From: a virus
Lineage: Duplodnaviria; Heunggongvirae; Uroviricota; Caudoviricetes
DNA: 64,000 bases
Strand: one strand, 5' to 3'
Virus record (IMG/VR): IMGVR_UViG_3300035696_000002
The notes beneath the pieces were generated by a model that saw only the letters and a list, made by a program, of their open reading frames with translations, was not told the DNA's origin and did not search any database. Both the position numbers and the translations under genes were made by a program. Shown in pieces: positions 9,743 to 18,568 of the stretch. Position 1 is the first letter of the stretch. Each line of letters starts with the position of its first letter.

Positions 9743-11179
9743 TTATGCGTAAACCTCAAGTGGTATCTCGGCCAATGCACGGATTTCCGGGAACGTCTGG
9801 AGCCTCAACATTTCCCCGTTCAGGAAAATGGGCTCAAGAATATCGAACGGATATCCTGTTCTGCCGTCTCCCTTGTACTGCATCGTGTGGTAGCCGCCAT
9901 TCTGGTCATCCAGAAGAGCCAGCCGTCCACGCTTCGATGCCTTACCGGGGTCGGTGATCGGGTCTTTCCAGATTTCAACCTGCTCACCGTTGACCACAGC
10001 GTTGCAGCACTTGATCGCAACCTTCTGCGTATCACGGTTCAACTTCTGGAGCAAGCCGCCGCCCATGCCGAATACGATGTTGGCTGCTGACCACTTCGCA
10101 TCCTTCATCGCCTGCAAGATTCTGCGGACGCCGGAATGGTCGATGCCATCGCCCCACAGAACGCCGACGCAGGGTGGAAGCATCTTGTAGCCCTTCTCGT
10201 TCTCGGTGACGCCAAACTTCTCACCGAGGATGTCCAACACGCGGAGCGTGATCGCTACCGGATCGCCGGAGTCAGGCCGGACTACGACCTTTCCCTTGCG
10301 ATTGCGGATGCGTTCACGATACGTGCCGCCGATGATGTTGGCGGTGAAGTTGAAGATGTCGTAGGAGTCGCCGACAAGGGACAGGATGCCCGTAGGTACT
10401 TCGTCCAGAGCGTGCTCCACAAACTTCGCTTCGTACTCACGCTTCCACATGGTGGTTACGGAGTGCTCAGAGGCGAAGACCGAATAGCCGGGCATTTCTC
10501 CCGGTTTGCTTCCGAAGCCATAGAACTGTTCGATGTAGTCAATTCCGGGCAGCGTATCCGTGCCGAAGAAATTGACAAGATGAGCCGAGGCTCCAATGCC
10601 CATCACCAGATCGCAGGGAACGCCGCGACCGCCGAAATCGTGAAGCTGGTAGGGCAGCGTCGAATAATCGTCCGCCGTATCACGAAGGAACTCAGCGATG
10701 ATTTCCTTGGTGTAGCGGGACTTGGTCGCGACGCCGGAGCCGTACCACGTGTGCTCCAGAATAGTTTCAGACCAACCCGGAATCCAAGAACATTGTTCGC
10801 AGGAGTTCTTCATCGTCCACATGACGTTTTTCACGGGGATCGGAAGGCCCTCTTTCACCCCACGAATATCCAGCGGCAGATAGCCGCCGTGCTTGTTGAT
10901 GACGTGACGCCAGCCTTCTTTGTTGAAGGCACGGTCGGTGCCGAAGTGGAGGCCAGCCTTGTACTCCGCTTCCTCGACATCCGTCAGCGTGGCGAATCTG
11001 CCTTCAAAATTTCGCAGCAAGTTTCCTTGCAGGTCGTAGAGCATGGAATAGTCGTATTCCCCGCCACGGGCCTCGTAGTAGTACAGCATTTCTGTGGTGC
11101 CCGGAACGATAAACCGCCAGTGGCCGACCTTGTAGCTGTCGGTCTTATGTAGTGGGCGTGCTATGAATGGCCTCGGCAT
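9743..11179 (-). CDS. nadV: Nicotinamide phosphoribosyltransferase (NAMPT)
   Basis: TDSYK, HDFGGRG, ASEHS, SLVGDSYD, RPDSGDP, GDGI, FGMGGGLLQ motifs. Confidence 0.92.
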   Translation of the reverse strand: MPRPFIARPLHKTDSYKVGHWRFIVPGTTEMLYYYEARGGEYDYSMLYDLQGNLLRNFEGRFATLTDVEEAEYKAGLHFGTDRAFNKEGWRHVINKHGGYLPLDIRGVKEGLPIPVKNVMWTMKNSCEQCSWIPGWSETILEHTWYGSGVATKSRYTKEIIAEFLRDTADDYSTLPYQLHDFGGRGVPCDLVMGIGASAHLVNFFGTDTLPGIDYIEQFYGFGSKPGEMPGYSVFASEHSVTTMWKREYEAKFVEHALDEVPTGILSLVGDSYDIFNFTANIIGGTYRERIRNRKGKVVVRPDSGDPVAITLRVLDILGEKFGVTENEKGYKMLPPCVGVLWGDGIDHSGVRRILQAMKDAKWSAANIVFGMGGGLLQKLNRDTQKVAIKCCNAVVNGEQVEIWKDPITDPGKASKRGRLALLDDQNGGYHTMQYKGDGRTGYPFDILEPIFLNGEMLRLQTFPEIRALAEIPLEVYA

Positions 11180-11194
11180 AGTGTCCTTTCTTTT

Positions 11195-12133
11195 TCAAAT
11201 AGTGCTGTCAGTCTTTTTCAAATATTCGACAAGCATGTGGTACAGAACGCGGTGTTCTGGAACGAACAGGCTGTCGTTGAGGTCGCCAATCTTGAACCAT
11301 TTGACTCGCTTGACATCGTCGCCGCCAATGGCACCCAAAGTCATGGACGTGCCCAAAAAGAACGCGGTCTTGATGATGCGGTCGGGGCAGTTCGCGTACC
11401 GCCAGTCGTCGATAGTGGTTGAACCAATGTATTCGAGGGAAGTCAGATCGACACCGCCCTCTTCCAAAGTTTCGCTCTTGGCGTCCTGCTCATACGTCGG
11501 ACGCCTCAGGCCCTCGGCGTGTCCGCCGATGAACCGCCATTGCGTTTCGTCGCCACGCTGTGCCAGCAGTAGTTCGGCGGTGAAACCATCCGGCTCACTG
11601 CCGCCCCAATGCATGACCGCAATGTCCACGCAGGGAAGGACAATTGGAAACAGGTGGTGCATGGCATAGATCATTCCGGCCCGGAAGTCTGGTGATTGGA
11701 TTATGGTATTGGAGACTTCCAGCCGAACATCAGCCCCACTGATTTTGTGTTTGCGAGGATCGAGGGCGAGTTCAACGACTTGATGCCGACCGTGGTAGTG
11801 CGGGACGAAAGAATCGCGTCCGCCATACAGGGTGACCCGGCCAAAAGGAACAACGTCAGAGATCGCAGCGTCGAGTTTTTCGCTCCAGATATCGTCGGTG
11901 CGGGCGTCCTTCAATGGCAGGACAATGAAATTGGGGAAGGAGGCCTGAATCATCGCTTTACGTGCAGGGAAGTCCAGCGGGTGTTTCTGACTGATGCCCC
12001 CCGGCGAGATGCCGACGAACACGATGACAGATTTGTGCCGGGCCTGAACCTGATCGAACAAGTCCAGATGCCCGTCATGCAGGGCGTTGACTTGAAAGCG
12101 ACCAACGATTACGCCATAATCTGGTTCAATCAT
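11195..12133 (-). CDS. nadM: Bifunctional NMN adenylyltransferase / Nudix hydrolase (NadM-Nudix, NatV-like)
   Basis: GRFQ..LHDGH (HxGH) motif, YGGRDSF, C-terminal Nudix-like GG..E...ETLEEGG, GDDV..VKW. Confidence 0.85.
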   Translation of the reverse strand: MIEPDYGVIVGRFQVNALHDGHLDLFDQVQARHKSVIVFVGISPGGISQKHPLDFPARKAMIQASFPNFIVLPLKDARTDDIWSEKLDAAISDVVPFGRVTLYGGRDSFVPHYHGRHQVVELALDPRKHKISGADVRLEVSNTIIQSPDFRAGMIYAMHHLFPIVLPCVDIAVMHWGGSEPDGFTAELLLAQRGDETQWRFIGGHAEGLRRPTYEQDAKSETLEEGGVDLTSLEYIGSTTIDDWRYANCPDRIIKTAFFLGTSMTLGAIGGDDVKRVKWFKIGDLNDSLFVPEHRVLYHMLVEYLKKTDSTI

Positions 12134-12186
12134 TTTCTTTATCCCCACTTACTCTTTTGATGCTCACGCCAGCTAACGGATGAAAT

Positions 12187-12402
12187 TTATAACCCCAATT
12201 TTCTCTTCATCACTACGATACTGATGGGGTTGAACAGCATCCGCACACCCGCGTGCTTGTCCCAGTTCTCATGCCACTCTGCGGCCTGTGCACGAATCTC
12301 CGGGGGAACTCCGGGAGTGTTTTTGATCTGGTGCAACAAACCCGCCATCATGGCACCGATGAAATCCTTGCGTTCCTGCTGTAAGTCCGCTTTCTTTTTC
12401 AT
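12187..12402 (-). CDS. Small hypothetical protein
   Basis: ORF track; ATGA overlap with the upstream gene. Confidence 0.5.
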   Translation of the reverse strand: MKKKADLQQERKDFIGAMMAGLLHQIKNTPGVPPEIRAQAAEWHENWDKHAGVRMLFNPISIVVMKRKLGL

Positions 12403-13346
12403 ACGGCAACCGCCTTTCGATTTTCGATCTGTTTAATCCGGCCTTCGTCCACAGCCCGGAGAAACTTCTGCACGTACTGCCGATCCCACACTGCCCAAAT
12501 CGCCGGGTAGTTCTCGACGGCGAACTCACGGAACCAGCCGCCAGTCAGGGTCGTGCAAATCCGCATCAGAGACCATTGCATGGCCGTCTCAGCCGTCGCC
12601 AGCTTTTTGCCCTCGAATAGCATTGGAATAATCGCCCGTTCCAGAGCGATAACATAGGCCTCTTCGAGTACGCATCGCATCTGATCGTGAAAGCTGAGGG
12701 CGAAGAATTTGTTCTTATCGCACGTCACACGCTCCGGGCTGATCTTGATGTACTCGTACATCGGCTTCTCCCGGTGAGCCATGACCAGATGAATGTCATC
12801 GTGGACAAACACATGGTTGCTGACATCGTCTTGGAAAAATTCGTCCTTGGTTTTTTGCAGACTCGGGGTTTTGTGCTTGGGGGTTTCCTTCACCCGCTGC
12901 TTTGTGACCTCGGGCAGGACATCCTTGTCCACCAGTTGCTTCAACAGGTGGTAATCGCGAATGTGCTTCTCCCACTGCCGAGGGATGAAACGGTGCGACT
13001 TCTTGATGGAGAAAAGAACTTCCAGCGGAGCCACGATAGTCTCATTCCCGTAAACCGGAAGGGTGAACAGGTTGGTCGGGTCGGAGGAGGCAACGTAGTC
13101 GATGTAGGCCGCACTGGACGTGCCCTCGTCCGCGAGATCAAATTCAATGTGGTCGTACTCGGGGGCGTCGTTGGCAATCCAGTGACGCTGATCGTTCGGG
13201 TTCATGACAAGGTGGAGCCCGTGGGCCTCGGCGAAAACGATCATCTCAAAGGTCGTACAGATGACATCCAGATCACGCGGCTTGCGGAAGGGGATTCCGC
13301 GTTTGGCCGCGTGTGCTGCAAGAGCCGATGACCCGATAATCAGCAA
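12399..13346 (-). CDS. Phage protein with pol-beta nucleotidyltransferase-like N-terminus (DUF7275-like)
   Basis: IIGS...RKPRDLDV (GS/DxD); HDDIH, EEAYVIALER, GWFREFA; AGGAG RBS plus TTG start. Confidence 0.6.
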   Translation of the reverse strand: MLIIGSSALAAHAAKRGIPFRKPRDLDVICTTFEMIVFAEAHGLHLVMNPNDQRHWIANDAPEYDHIEFDLADEGTSSAAYIDYVASSDPTNLFTLPVYGNETIVAPLEVLFSIKKSHRFIPRQWEKHIRDYHLLKQLVDKDVLPEVTKQRVKETPKHKTPSLQKTKDEFFQDDVSNHVFVHDDIHLVMAHREKPMYEYIKISPERVTCDKNKFFALSFHDQMRCVLEEAYVIALERAIIPMLFEGKKLATAETAMQWSLMRICTTLTGGWFREFAVENYPAIWAVWDRQYVQKFLRAVDEGRIKQIENRKAVAV

Positions 13347-13355
13347 ACAAGTCTC

Positions 13356-13619
13356 CTACCAGCAACTCGACGATTCGTAAGAGTCCGAGTACTCGACTTC
13401 GGGCTCCTCTTCCGGGCTGCTGACATAGCCGCTATTGATGCTTTCCAGCGACCGCAGTTCTTCTATCGGCGGCACCTTAAAAGCAACGCCGGGGTGTTCC
13501 TTGTTCACGGCCTTGGACAACTGGCCCAGTGCACGCGACGCAGACTCCGCAGTCACGTTGCCTTCCTTCAAGTCCGTGAGAATAACGACGATTTTTTCGT
13601 AAGCTTCTACCAGCTTCAT
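13356..13619 (-). CDS. Small hypothetical protein ending YESSSCW
   Basis: ORF track; TAG stop. Confidence 0.55.
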   Translation of the reverse strand: MKLVEAYEKIVVILTDLKEGNVTAESASRALGQLSKAVNKEHPGVAFKVPPIEELRSLESINSGYVSSPEEEPEVEYSDSYESSSCW

Positions 13620-13666
13620 ACCCTACCCCAGTTCTTTTCAGTATATACGGAGTCCGGCCTGTTTGG

Positions 13667-15589
13667 CTAGACTTTTATCCCGATCTCTTTCAGGAAGCGG
13701 CTGGGGGCAAGATCGGCAGTATTCGGCCCCCGTTGTTCCTGTTCGGGAAAACATAAGACTAACACATCGCGTGCTCGCGTGCAAGCCACATAAAATAAAC
13801 GTCTTTCCTCCTCGATCTCCTCTTCCGATCCCATGGAGAACATGTGCGGAAGGGAGCCTTCGATAAGGTTAGCCACGTAGACCCGCCGCCACTCCAGCCC
13901 TTTGGCGGCATGGATGGTGGAAATGACCACGGCCCCCTGTTCATCATCGTCCTTAGGCCGCTCCAACGTTAGCTGAAAGACCAAGTCTTCGAGGGTCAGC
14001 GTGGGCCGCTCGGTAAACAGATTGTCCACGAGGGCGGCGAAACGTACAAGGTTGTCGAGCTTCGATTGGATTTTTGATTTCTCCCGTTTGTACTTGTCGT
14101 GGATGTACGACTTGTAGTTGGTCAGGAGAATCACTTTTTCCAACGCCGTGACCGGGTCAGTCTTAAACTGATCGACGTGTTCGACAATTCTGACGAGGTT
14201 GGCAAGCTTCGGTTCATTCTGGGAGGCCGCAATAAGATCGCCTTCTGTAGCCTTCTCCGCCGCCTGCCGCAGCTTTTCAAGCGATGCCGGGCCGACGCCG
14301 CACTTGGGGGCCGCAACTGCACGGCTCATAGCCTGAAAATCCTTACGGTTTGCTACAAGGCGTAAGTAGGCAAGCACGTCCCTAACTTCTTCCGTTTGCA
14401 GCAAACCGCGTCCGCCGCGAACAATATACGGAATTCTGCGGCGAACAAGTTCACCTTCCACTCCCGGTATTTGTCGGTTGCTGCGAACCAAAATGCAGTT
14501 GTCACGAAACAGGATGGGGTTTCGTTTGTGACCCGCGTCTCGGGCGATTTCAGCCGCGATAGTAAATGCAACGTCATTGGCTTGCCAGCCCCGCATAAAC
14601 TGAGTCTCGCCCGTCTCTCCGTTAATGCCCCGCCAGCTTTCCATTTTCAACGGAATGGTGTGCGTCATGCGATACTGAATCGCATTCGCGATATCCACGA
14701 TTTTCTGTCCGCTGCGATGGTTGCGGGCAATCCGGTAGAGCTTCGGTACAACCCCCTTGTAGCCTTCGCTGTACTGTCGGAGCAAGTCTGGCACGGCTCC
14801 ATTGAATCCATAGATCGACTGGCTCATGTCGCCGACGATGTACAGATTCAGGTTGCCGGGCGGAAGGAGGGAAGTGACGAATTCCCACTGAACCGGGTTG
14901 GTATCCTGAGCCTCATCCATGAGAACGTGATCGTACTGGGTCTGAATCTCAGCCAACCACTCTGCGTCTTCCCGGAGACGGCGGACAACTAAGTGAAGCA
15001 TGTCGTCGAAATCTACGACTGAGTTCTTTTGCTTCTCGATTTCAAACTGCTCCCACAAACTGCGTTCAACTGGCGTCAAGGCGTGATAGCCGGAGTGAAT
15101 GTTCTTGGCACGATCATGCACTTCATCCGTGTACTCGGAGCGGAAGCCGATTCCGCGTGCCCGATGGAAACTGATCTTCTTGATGACGATCTTCGCCTTG
15201 ATTTCTTCATCGGTCTTCAAACGGTCGATGAGCGTTTTCATCATCTGCCGCTGGTCATAGTCGTCCAGCGGGGTGACCTTCTTAGCTAAGCCAAAACCTT
15301 CTGGGTCGCGGCGAATCTGTAGGAGGGCAAGGGAGTGGATGGTGGAGACGCGGGGCAGTAGCTCGTCCGGCGTGTCCTCAGTGAGGCCGAGGCGGTCGAT
15401 GAGTTCCCCGGCAGCCTTGTTCGTGAATGTGATGGCACAGATACGTGGCGGCTTGATACCCTGTTTGATGATCCAACGAACACGTTCTGTAAGGACGCGG
15501 GTCTTACCGGAGCCAGCACCAGCGATCAAGCAGGCGGGCTCATCCAGCGGGTGCTGGACTGCAAGCATTTGTTCTTCGTTTAGCTGCAT
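13667..15589 (-). CDS. uvrD: UvrD/PcrA-family SF1 DNA helicase
   Basis: AGAGSGKT, TFTNKAA, DEAQD, GDMSQSIYGF, NHRS, TIHAAKGLEW, EERRLFYVACTRA, PSRF. Confidence 0.93.
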   Translation of the reverse strand: MQLNEEQMLAVQHPLDEPACLIAGAGSGKTRVLTERVRWIIKQGIKPPRICAITFTNKAAGELIDRLGLTEDTPDELLPRVSTIHSLALLQIRRDPEGFGLAKKVTPLDDYDQRQMMKTLIDRLKTDEEIKAKIVIKKISFHRARGIGFRSEYTDEVHDRAKNIHSGYHALTPVERSLWEQFEIEKQKNSVVDFDDMLHLVVRRLREDAEWLAEIQTQYDHVLMDEAQDTNPVQWEFVTSLLPPGNLNLYIVGDMSQSIYGFNGAVPDLLRQYSEGYKGVVPKLYRIARNHRSGQKIVDIANAIQYRMTHTIPLKMESWRGINGETGETQFMRGWQANDVAFTIAAEIARDAGHKRNPILFRDNCILVRSNRQIPGVEGELVRRRIPYIVRGGRGLLQTEEVRDVLAYLRLVANRKDFQAMSRAVAAPKCGVGPASLEKLRQAAEKATEGDLIAASQNEPKLANLVRIVEHVDQFKTDPVTALEKVILLTNYKSYIHDKYKREKSKIQSKLDNLVRFAALVDNLFTERPTLTLEDLVFQLTLERPKDDDEQGAVVISTIHAAKGLEWRRVYVANLIEGSLPHMFSMGSEEEIEEERRLFYVACTRARDVLVLCFPEQEQRGPNTADLAPSRFLKEIGIKV

Positions 15590-15591
15590 GA

Positions 15592-15864
15592 TTAGTAAAG
15601 CGGCGGATACTTCAGTCGCCGCAATCTTTCCTCGAAAGACGGTGGATTGGCCTCGTCAAAAATACGCCACATTTGAGCCTTGATTAAATCCATGTCATTC
15701 CACTCATCGTGGGACAGGGCGTCGATGTCTATACCCACCATCAGCTTCGCTTCATGCTTTGCCCAGAGACGTTTGTAGTAAGCTTCAAACTTCTCGTGCA
15801 GCACACGCAATTCTTCTGCTCGTGCCCCGCCAAGTCTGTGCAACATTTCCTCGGTCAAAATCAT
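15592..15864 (-). CDS. Small hypothetical protein
   Basis: ORF track; operonic packing. Confidence 0.45.
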   Translation of the reverse strand: MILTEEMLHRLGGARAEELRVLHEKFEAYYKRLWAKHEAKLMVGIDIDALSHDEWNDMDLIKAQMWRIFDEANPPSFEERLRRLKYPPLY

Positions 15865-15979
15865 CGTCTGCTCTTCCGATCAAGTTTGATGATGAAATCG
15901 AGGACGAAGCCAAGAAACCCACCGACAGCGGCGGCACACAAAAGGCATATTACGATGAAAGTTAAAATCTGTCCCGTAC

Positions 15980-16762
15980 TCACACTATCCTCACCAGCAT
16001 TGCAGTGACGTTGTCTTCCGTGGGGGCTGCGACAGCACGATCAACAATATGTTGAGCCGTGCCATGCCCCTCGATCAATTGTACAACGGAATCGAACGCC
16101 GACTTGCCTTTACCGTGACTAGGGTCTATCGCCCCGTCTGTACAGGCCAGCACCCAGCTTCCGACACCCAGCGTAAGGTCGTAAACTTCCGGCACGCGGG
16201 ATAAAATTCTGCCGAGATGGCGGTCGCCAAATGACCGGGACATTTGAAGTCCGGGCTGGTCAAGAGTCGAGTGCAGGTAGCCCCGGATGTAGAATGCTCC
16301 GCGATTTTGGGCGGCTTTGCGTTCCTTAACGTTCGTGCGGGCGTTGTGCTCGGGACTGAAAACGATGGTGCCGTTCGCATCTTTGACAATGACAGGGGAA
16401 TCCCCGAGGATGGCGACGTACACCTTGGTCGCCGACCATGGGCTCGTGGTTTTATCCCACGGGATGTAAACTACCGAAGCTGTGGAACCGTCCGCAAAAG
16501 ATTGAGTCGCGATAGCGAGATTTTGAAAGACCTTGAGAATTGCGTCTTTCGGGGACATTCCCTTTTCGGCGGCTTCGTCGAGAGCATCTGCAAAGAGGGC
16601 TGGGGCTTCTTCGGAACAGTATTCTGAGCAGTGGGCACCGCCGTGGCCGTCAAACACAGCCATCAGTACTCCGTCTGGACTCGTCATCGAAAAGTAGCGG
16701 TCTTCTTGGTAGTCCCGTCTACCCTTTGCTGTCGCGTCCGTTATTGGGCTCAGTATCGGCAT
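15980..16762 (-). CDS. PP2C-family Ser/Thr protein phosphatase
   Basis: GRRDYQED, VFDGHGG, GSTA, GDS, SRSFGD, CTDG, DNVT; GGAGG RBS before MPILSP. Confidence 0.9.
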   Translation of the reverse strand: MPILSPITDATAKGRRDYQEDRYFSMTSPDGVLMAVFDGHGGAHCSEYCSEEAPALFADALDEAAEKGMSPKDAILKVFQNLAIATQSFADGSTASVVYIPWDKTTSPWSATKVYVAILGDSPVIVKDANGTIVFSPEHNARTNVKERKAAQNRGAFYIRGYLHSTLDQPGLQMSRSFGDRHLGRILSRVPEVYDLTLGVGSWVLACTDGAIDPSHGKGKSAFDSVVQLIEGHGTAQHIVDRAVAAPTEDNVTAMLVRIV

Positions 16763-16804
16763 TGAAAGACACTCCTCCCACTTAATACTCAATGTGCGGG
16801 GAAA

Positions 16805-17224
16805 TTATTCGCTGGGGGGTTGCTGTTCGGTCGGGGGATGGTTGGAGCACACGCCCTGTGCACACAGGTCGCAATACTCCGGTTCCGGCTCCCATGCCCG
16901 GTCGAACAAGTCCTGATCGCGGACGCCGGGGCACAACATGAGGTCGATCATGTTCCGTCCGTGAAGCTTAATCCCGGCTTTAGCCATGGCAGGCTTAAAG
17001 CAGCGGTCACAAATAACCGCCACGTACACGTCGCCATCCATGGACTCGCCCTTTTCGTCCTGAGACGAGTAGCCCCAAGTTGTTTTGATGGTCATGAAAT
17101 CGCGGTCAAACGAGTACTTCCCGTCCACCCATGGTTCGGCTTTCATGACATAGTCACAGACATCGCAGGTCACGCCTGTCACGATATCCACGTTGATCGG
17201 TCGCTGTTCAAGTTTCAAGCCCAT
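16805..17224 (-). CDS. Cys-rich (Zn-binding) hypothetical protein
   Basis: Three CxxC pairs. Confidence 0.5.
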   Translation of the reverse strand: MGLKLEQRPINVDIVTGVTCDVCDYVMKAEPWVDGKYSFDRDFMTIKTTWGYSSQDEKGESMDGDVYVAVICDRCFKPAMAKAGIKLHGRNMIDLMLCPGVRDQDLFDRAWEPEPEYCDLCAQGVCSNHPPTEQQPPSE

Positions 17225-17227
17225 ACT

Positions 17228-17509
17228 TTACGCTGCCTCCGCTACGCTCCAATACTGCACCATGACGGACATCACGCACAGGTTCTCTGGGAGCCCGAAC
17301 GTGCCGCCCTTAGTCATGTAAGAAATTGTGGCCAGAACATGCCGCCCTGTATAGCGTTGCGTATCAGGATTCCATTCCCTGAGTAGCAATTCGTCGCCTT
17401 CCTGATAGTTGCGGTCATTCACGCGAACTTCGTGCTTCTTGAAGCCGGAGAGGGTTGCTGAGAACTGCTTTGGCCAAGTCTTCAACTCGTGACGGGTCAC
17501 GGTTACCAT
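17228..17509 (-). CDS. ASCH/PUA-like DUF3850 protein
   Basis: HELKTWP..F....G.K..EVR.NDRNYQ.GD.L.LREW. Confidence 0.8.
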   Translation of the reverse strand: MVTVTRHELKTWPKQFSATLSGFKKHEVRVNDRNYQEGDELLLREWNPDTQRYTGRHVLATISYMTKGGTFGLPENLCVMSVMVQYWSVAEAA

Positions 17510-17517
17510 TGTAACAC

Positions 17518-17547
17518 AAAACCCCGGCTGGTTGGCCGGGGCTTGTT
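17518..17547 (-). terminator. Intrinsic terminator
   Basis: CCCCGGC-CAACCA-GCCGGGG followed by TTTTGTGTT on minus strand. Confidence 0.7.
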
Positions 17548-17563
17548 AGGGAGGGCGGGGGAG

Positions 17564-18310
17564 TTATTTGTTGCCGTCGAACAACTTACCGCACGCCGCA
17601 TGCATCTGTTCACACTTGTCGTCCAACAAGGGGTTCATCTGGCACGCCGGGGGAATCTTCGCAAAGCAAGCATCGTTCTCACCCTTTAGCTTTGCCAGTA
17701 GGGCTTGCAGCCGGGCGATCTCCGCTTCGTTGGCGTCCCATTCGGCCTTGAGGTCGGTCTCTGCCTGTTTCCACGTAGCAAGGTCTTTCTGGAGTCCCGC
17801 TTGGATGGTGTCAAGTTGGGAAGCCGTCGTGTCAAGGTATTGGGCTGTGGATTGCAATTGCTGAGCCTGTGCGTCCAACGGAGCGTAAGCCTGTTGAAGC
17901 TGAGCCCGGTTATTGTCTAGCTGATTTTTCTCAGCCGTGTACCAAGCACATTTACCGTCACAGGAGCCGTTCGTACAGACCTCGGTGCACTGATTGGCGT
18001 TGTGCTGAGCCAATCGCTGCTTATAGTTGTCCAAAGCTGGTTGGAGCAGTTCGTACTGGCGTTTAACTTCGGTGTTTTTGGCGTTGTACTCCGCCAGATC
18101 ATCCTTATACTTCGCGGATTGCTTCACCCATGCATCGTAAACGAACTTGATGTCGGAAGCCTTGGCGTCCTGCTTGTCGGAACGGGCGGCGATGTCTGCA
18201 CGCTTGGTAATGTGGTCGTTGAGTTGCTGTTGAATGGCGTCCATCGAATCGTCTGCCCAACAAATTGTGGCCAGAGCGGCAAACAAAAATGCTATCAGGA
18301 TGCGTTTCAT
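17564..18310 (-). CDS. Secreted coiled-coil protein with Cys clusters
   Basis: Signal peptide MKRILIAFLFAALATICWA; heptad-rich body. Confidence 0.6.
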   Translation of the reverse strand: MKRILIAFLFAALATICWADDSMDAIQQQLNDHITKRADIAARSDKQDAKASDIKFVYDAWVKQSAKYKDDLAEYNAKNTEVKRQYELLQPALDNYKQRLAQHNANQCTEVCTNGSCDGKCAWYTAEKNQLDNNRAQLQQAYAPLDAQAQQLQSTAQYLDTTASQLDTIQAGLQKDLATWKQAETDLKAEWDANEAEIARLQALLAKLKGENDACFAKIPPACQMNPLLDDKCEQMHAACGKLFDGNK

Positions 18311-18351
18311 TAAATCCCCCAAAAAGTTGGGGAGGTTGCCCTCCCCTGATT

Positions 18352-18537
18352 TTACCGCGTTCGCCAGATCGGTTTTGTTGGCGTGCCGAGGACTTCTCGG
18401 CGTTCACGATCAAACTGCGTACATTGTTTGCAGAGACGGATGATTTTGCCATCTTTGAACGTGAAGCCAATCAGGCCGACGTGGCGACACTTCCTTGGTT
18501 CTATGGTGATCTTCTTTGCTACCGCTGCGGTTGCCAT
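18352..18537 (-). CDS. Small basic Cys-containing protein
   Basis: GGAGG RBS before MATAAVAKK. Confidence 0.5.
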   Translation of the reverse strand: MATAAVAKKITIEPRKCRHVGLIGFTFKDGKIIRLCKQCTQFDRERREVLGTPTKPIWRTR

Positions 18538-18568
18538 GGCAATATCCTCCCGTTTATTAGATGCGAAA

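Noticed and set aside
1625-11152. Long plus-strand ORFs (e.g. 1625-2680, 3246-4634, 5070-5975, 10136-11152)
   Set aside because: Antisense shadows of motif-bearing minus-strand genes; no motifs of their own
12149-12186. NAD riboswitch or operator upstream of nadM
   Set aside because: Too short and no recognisable consensus
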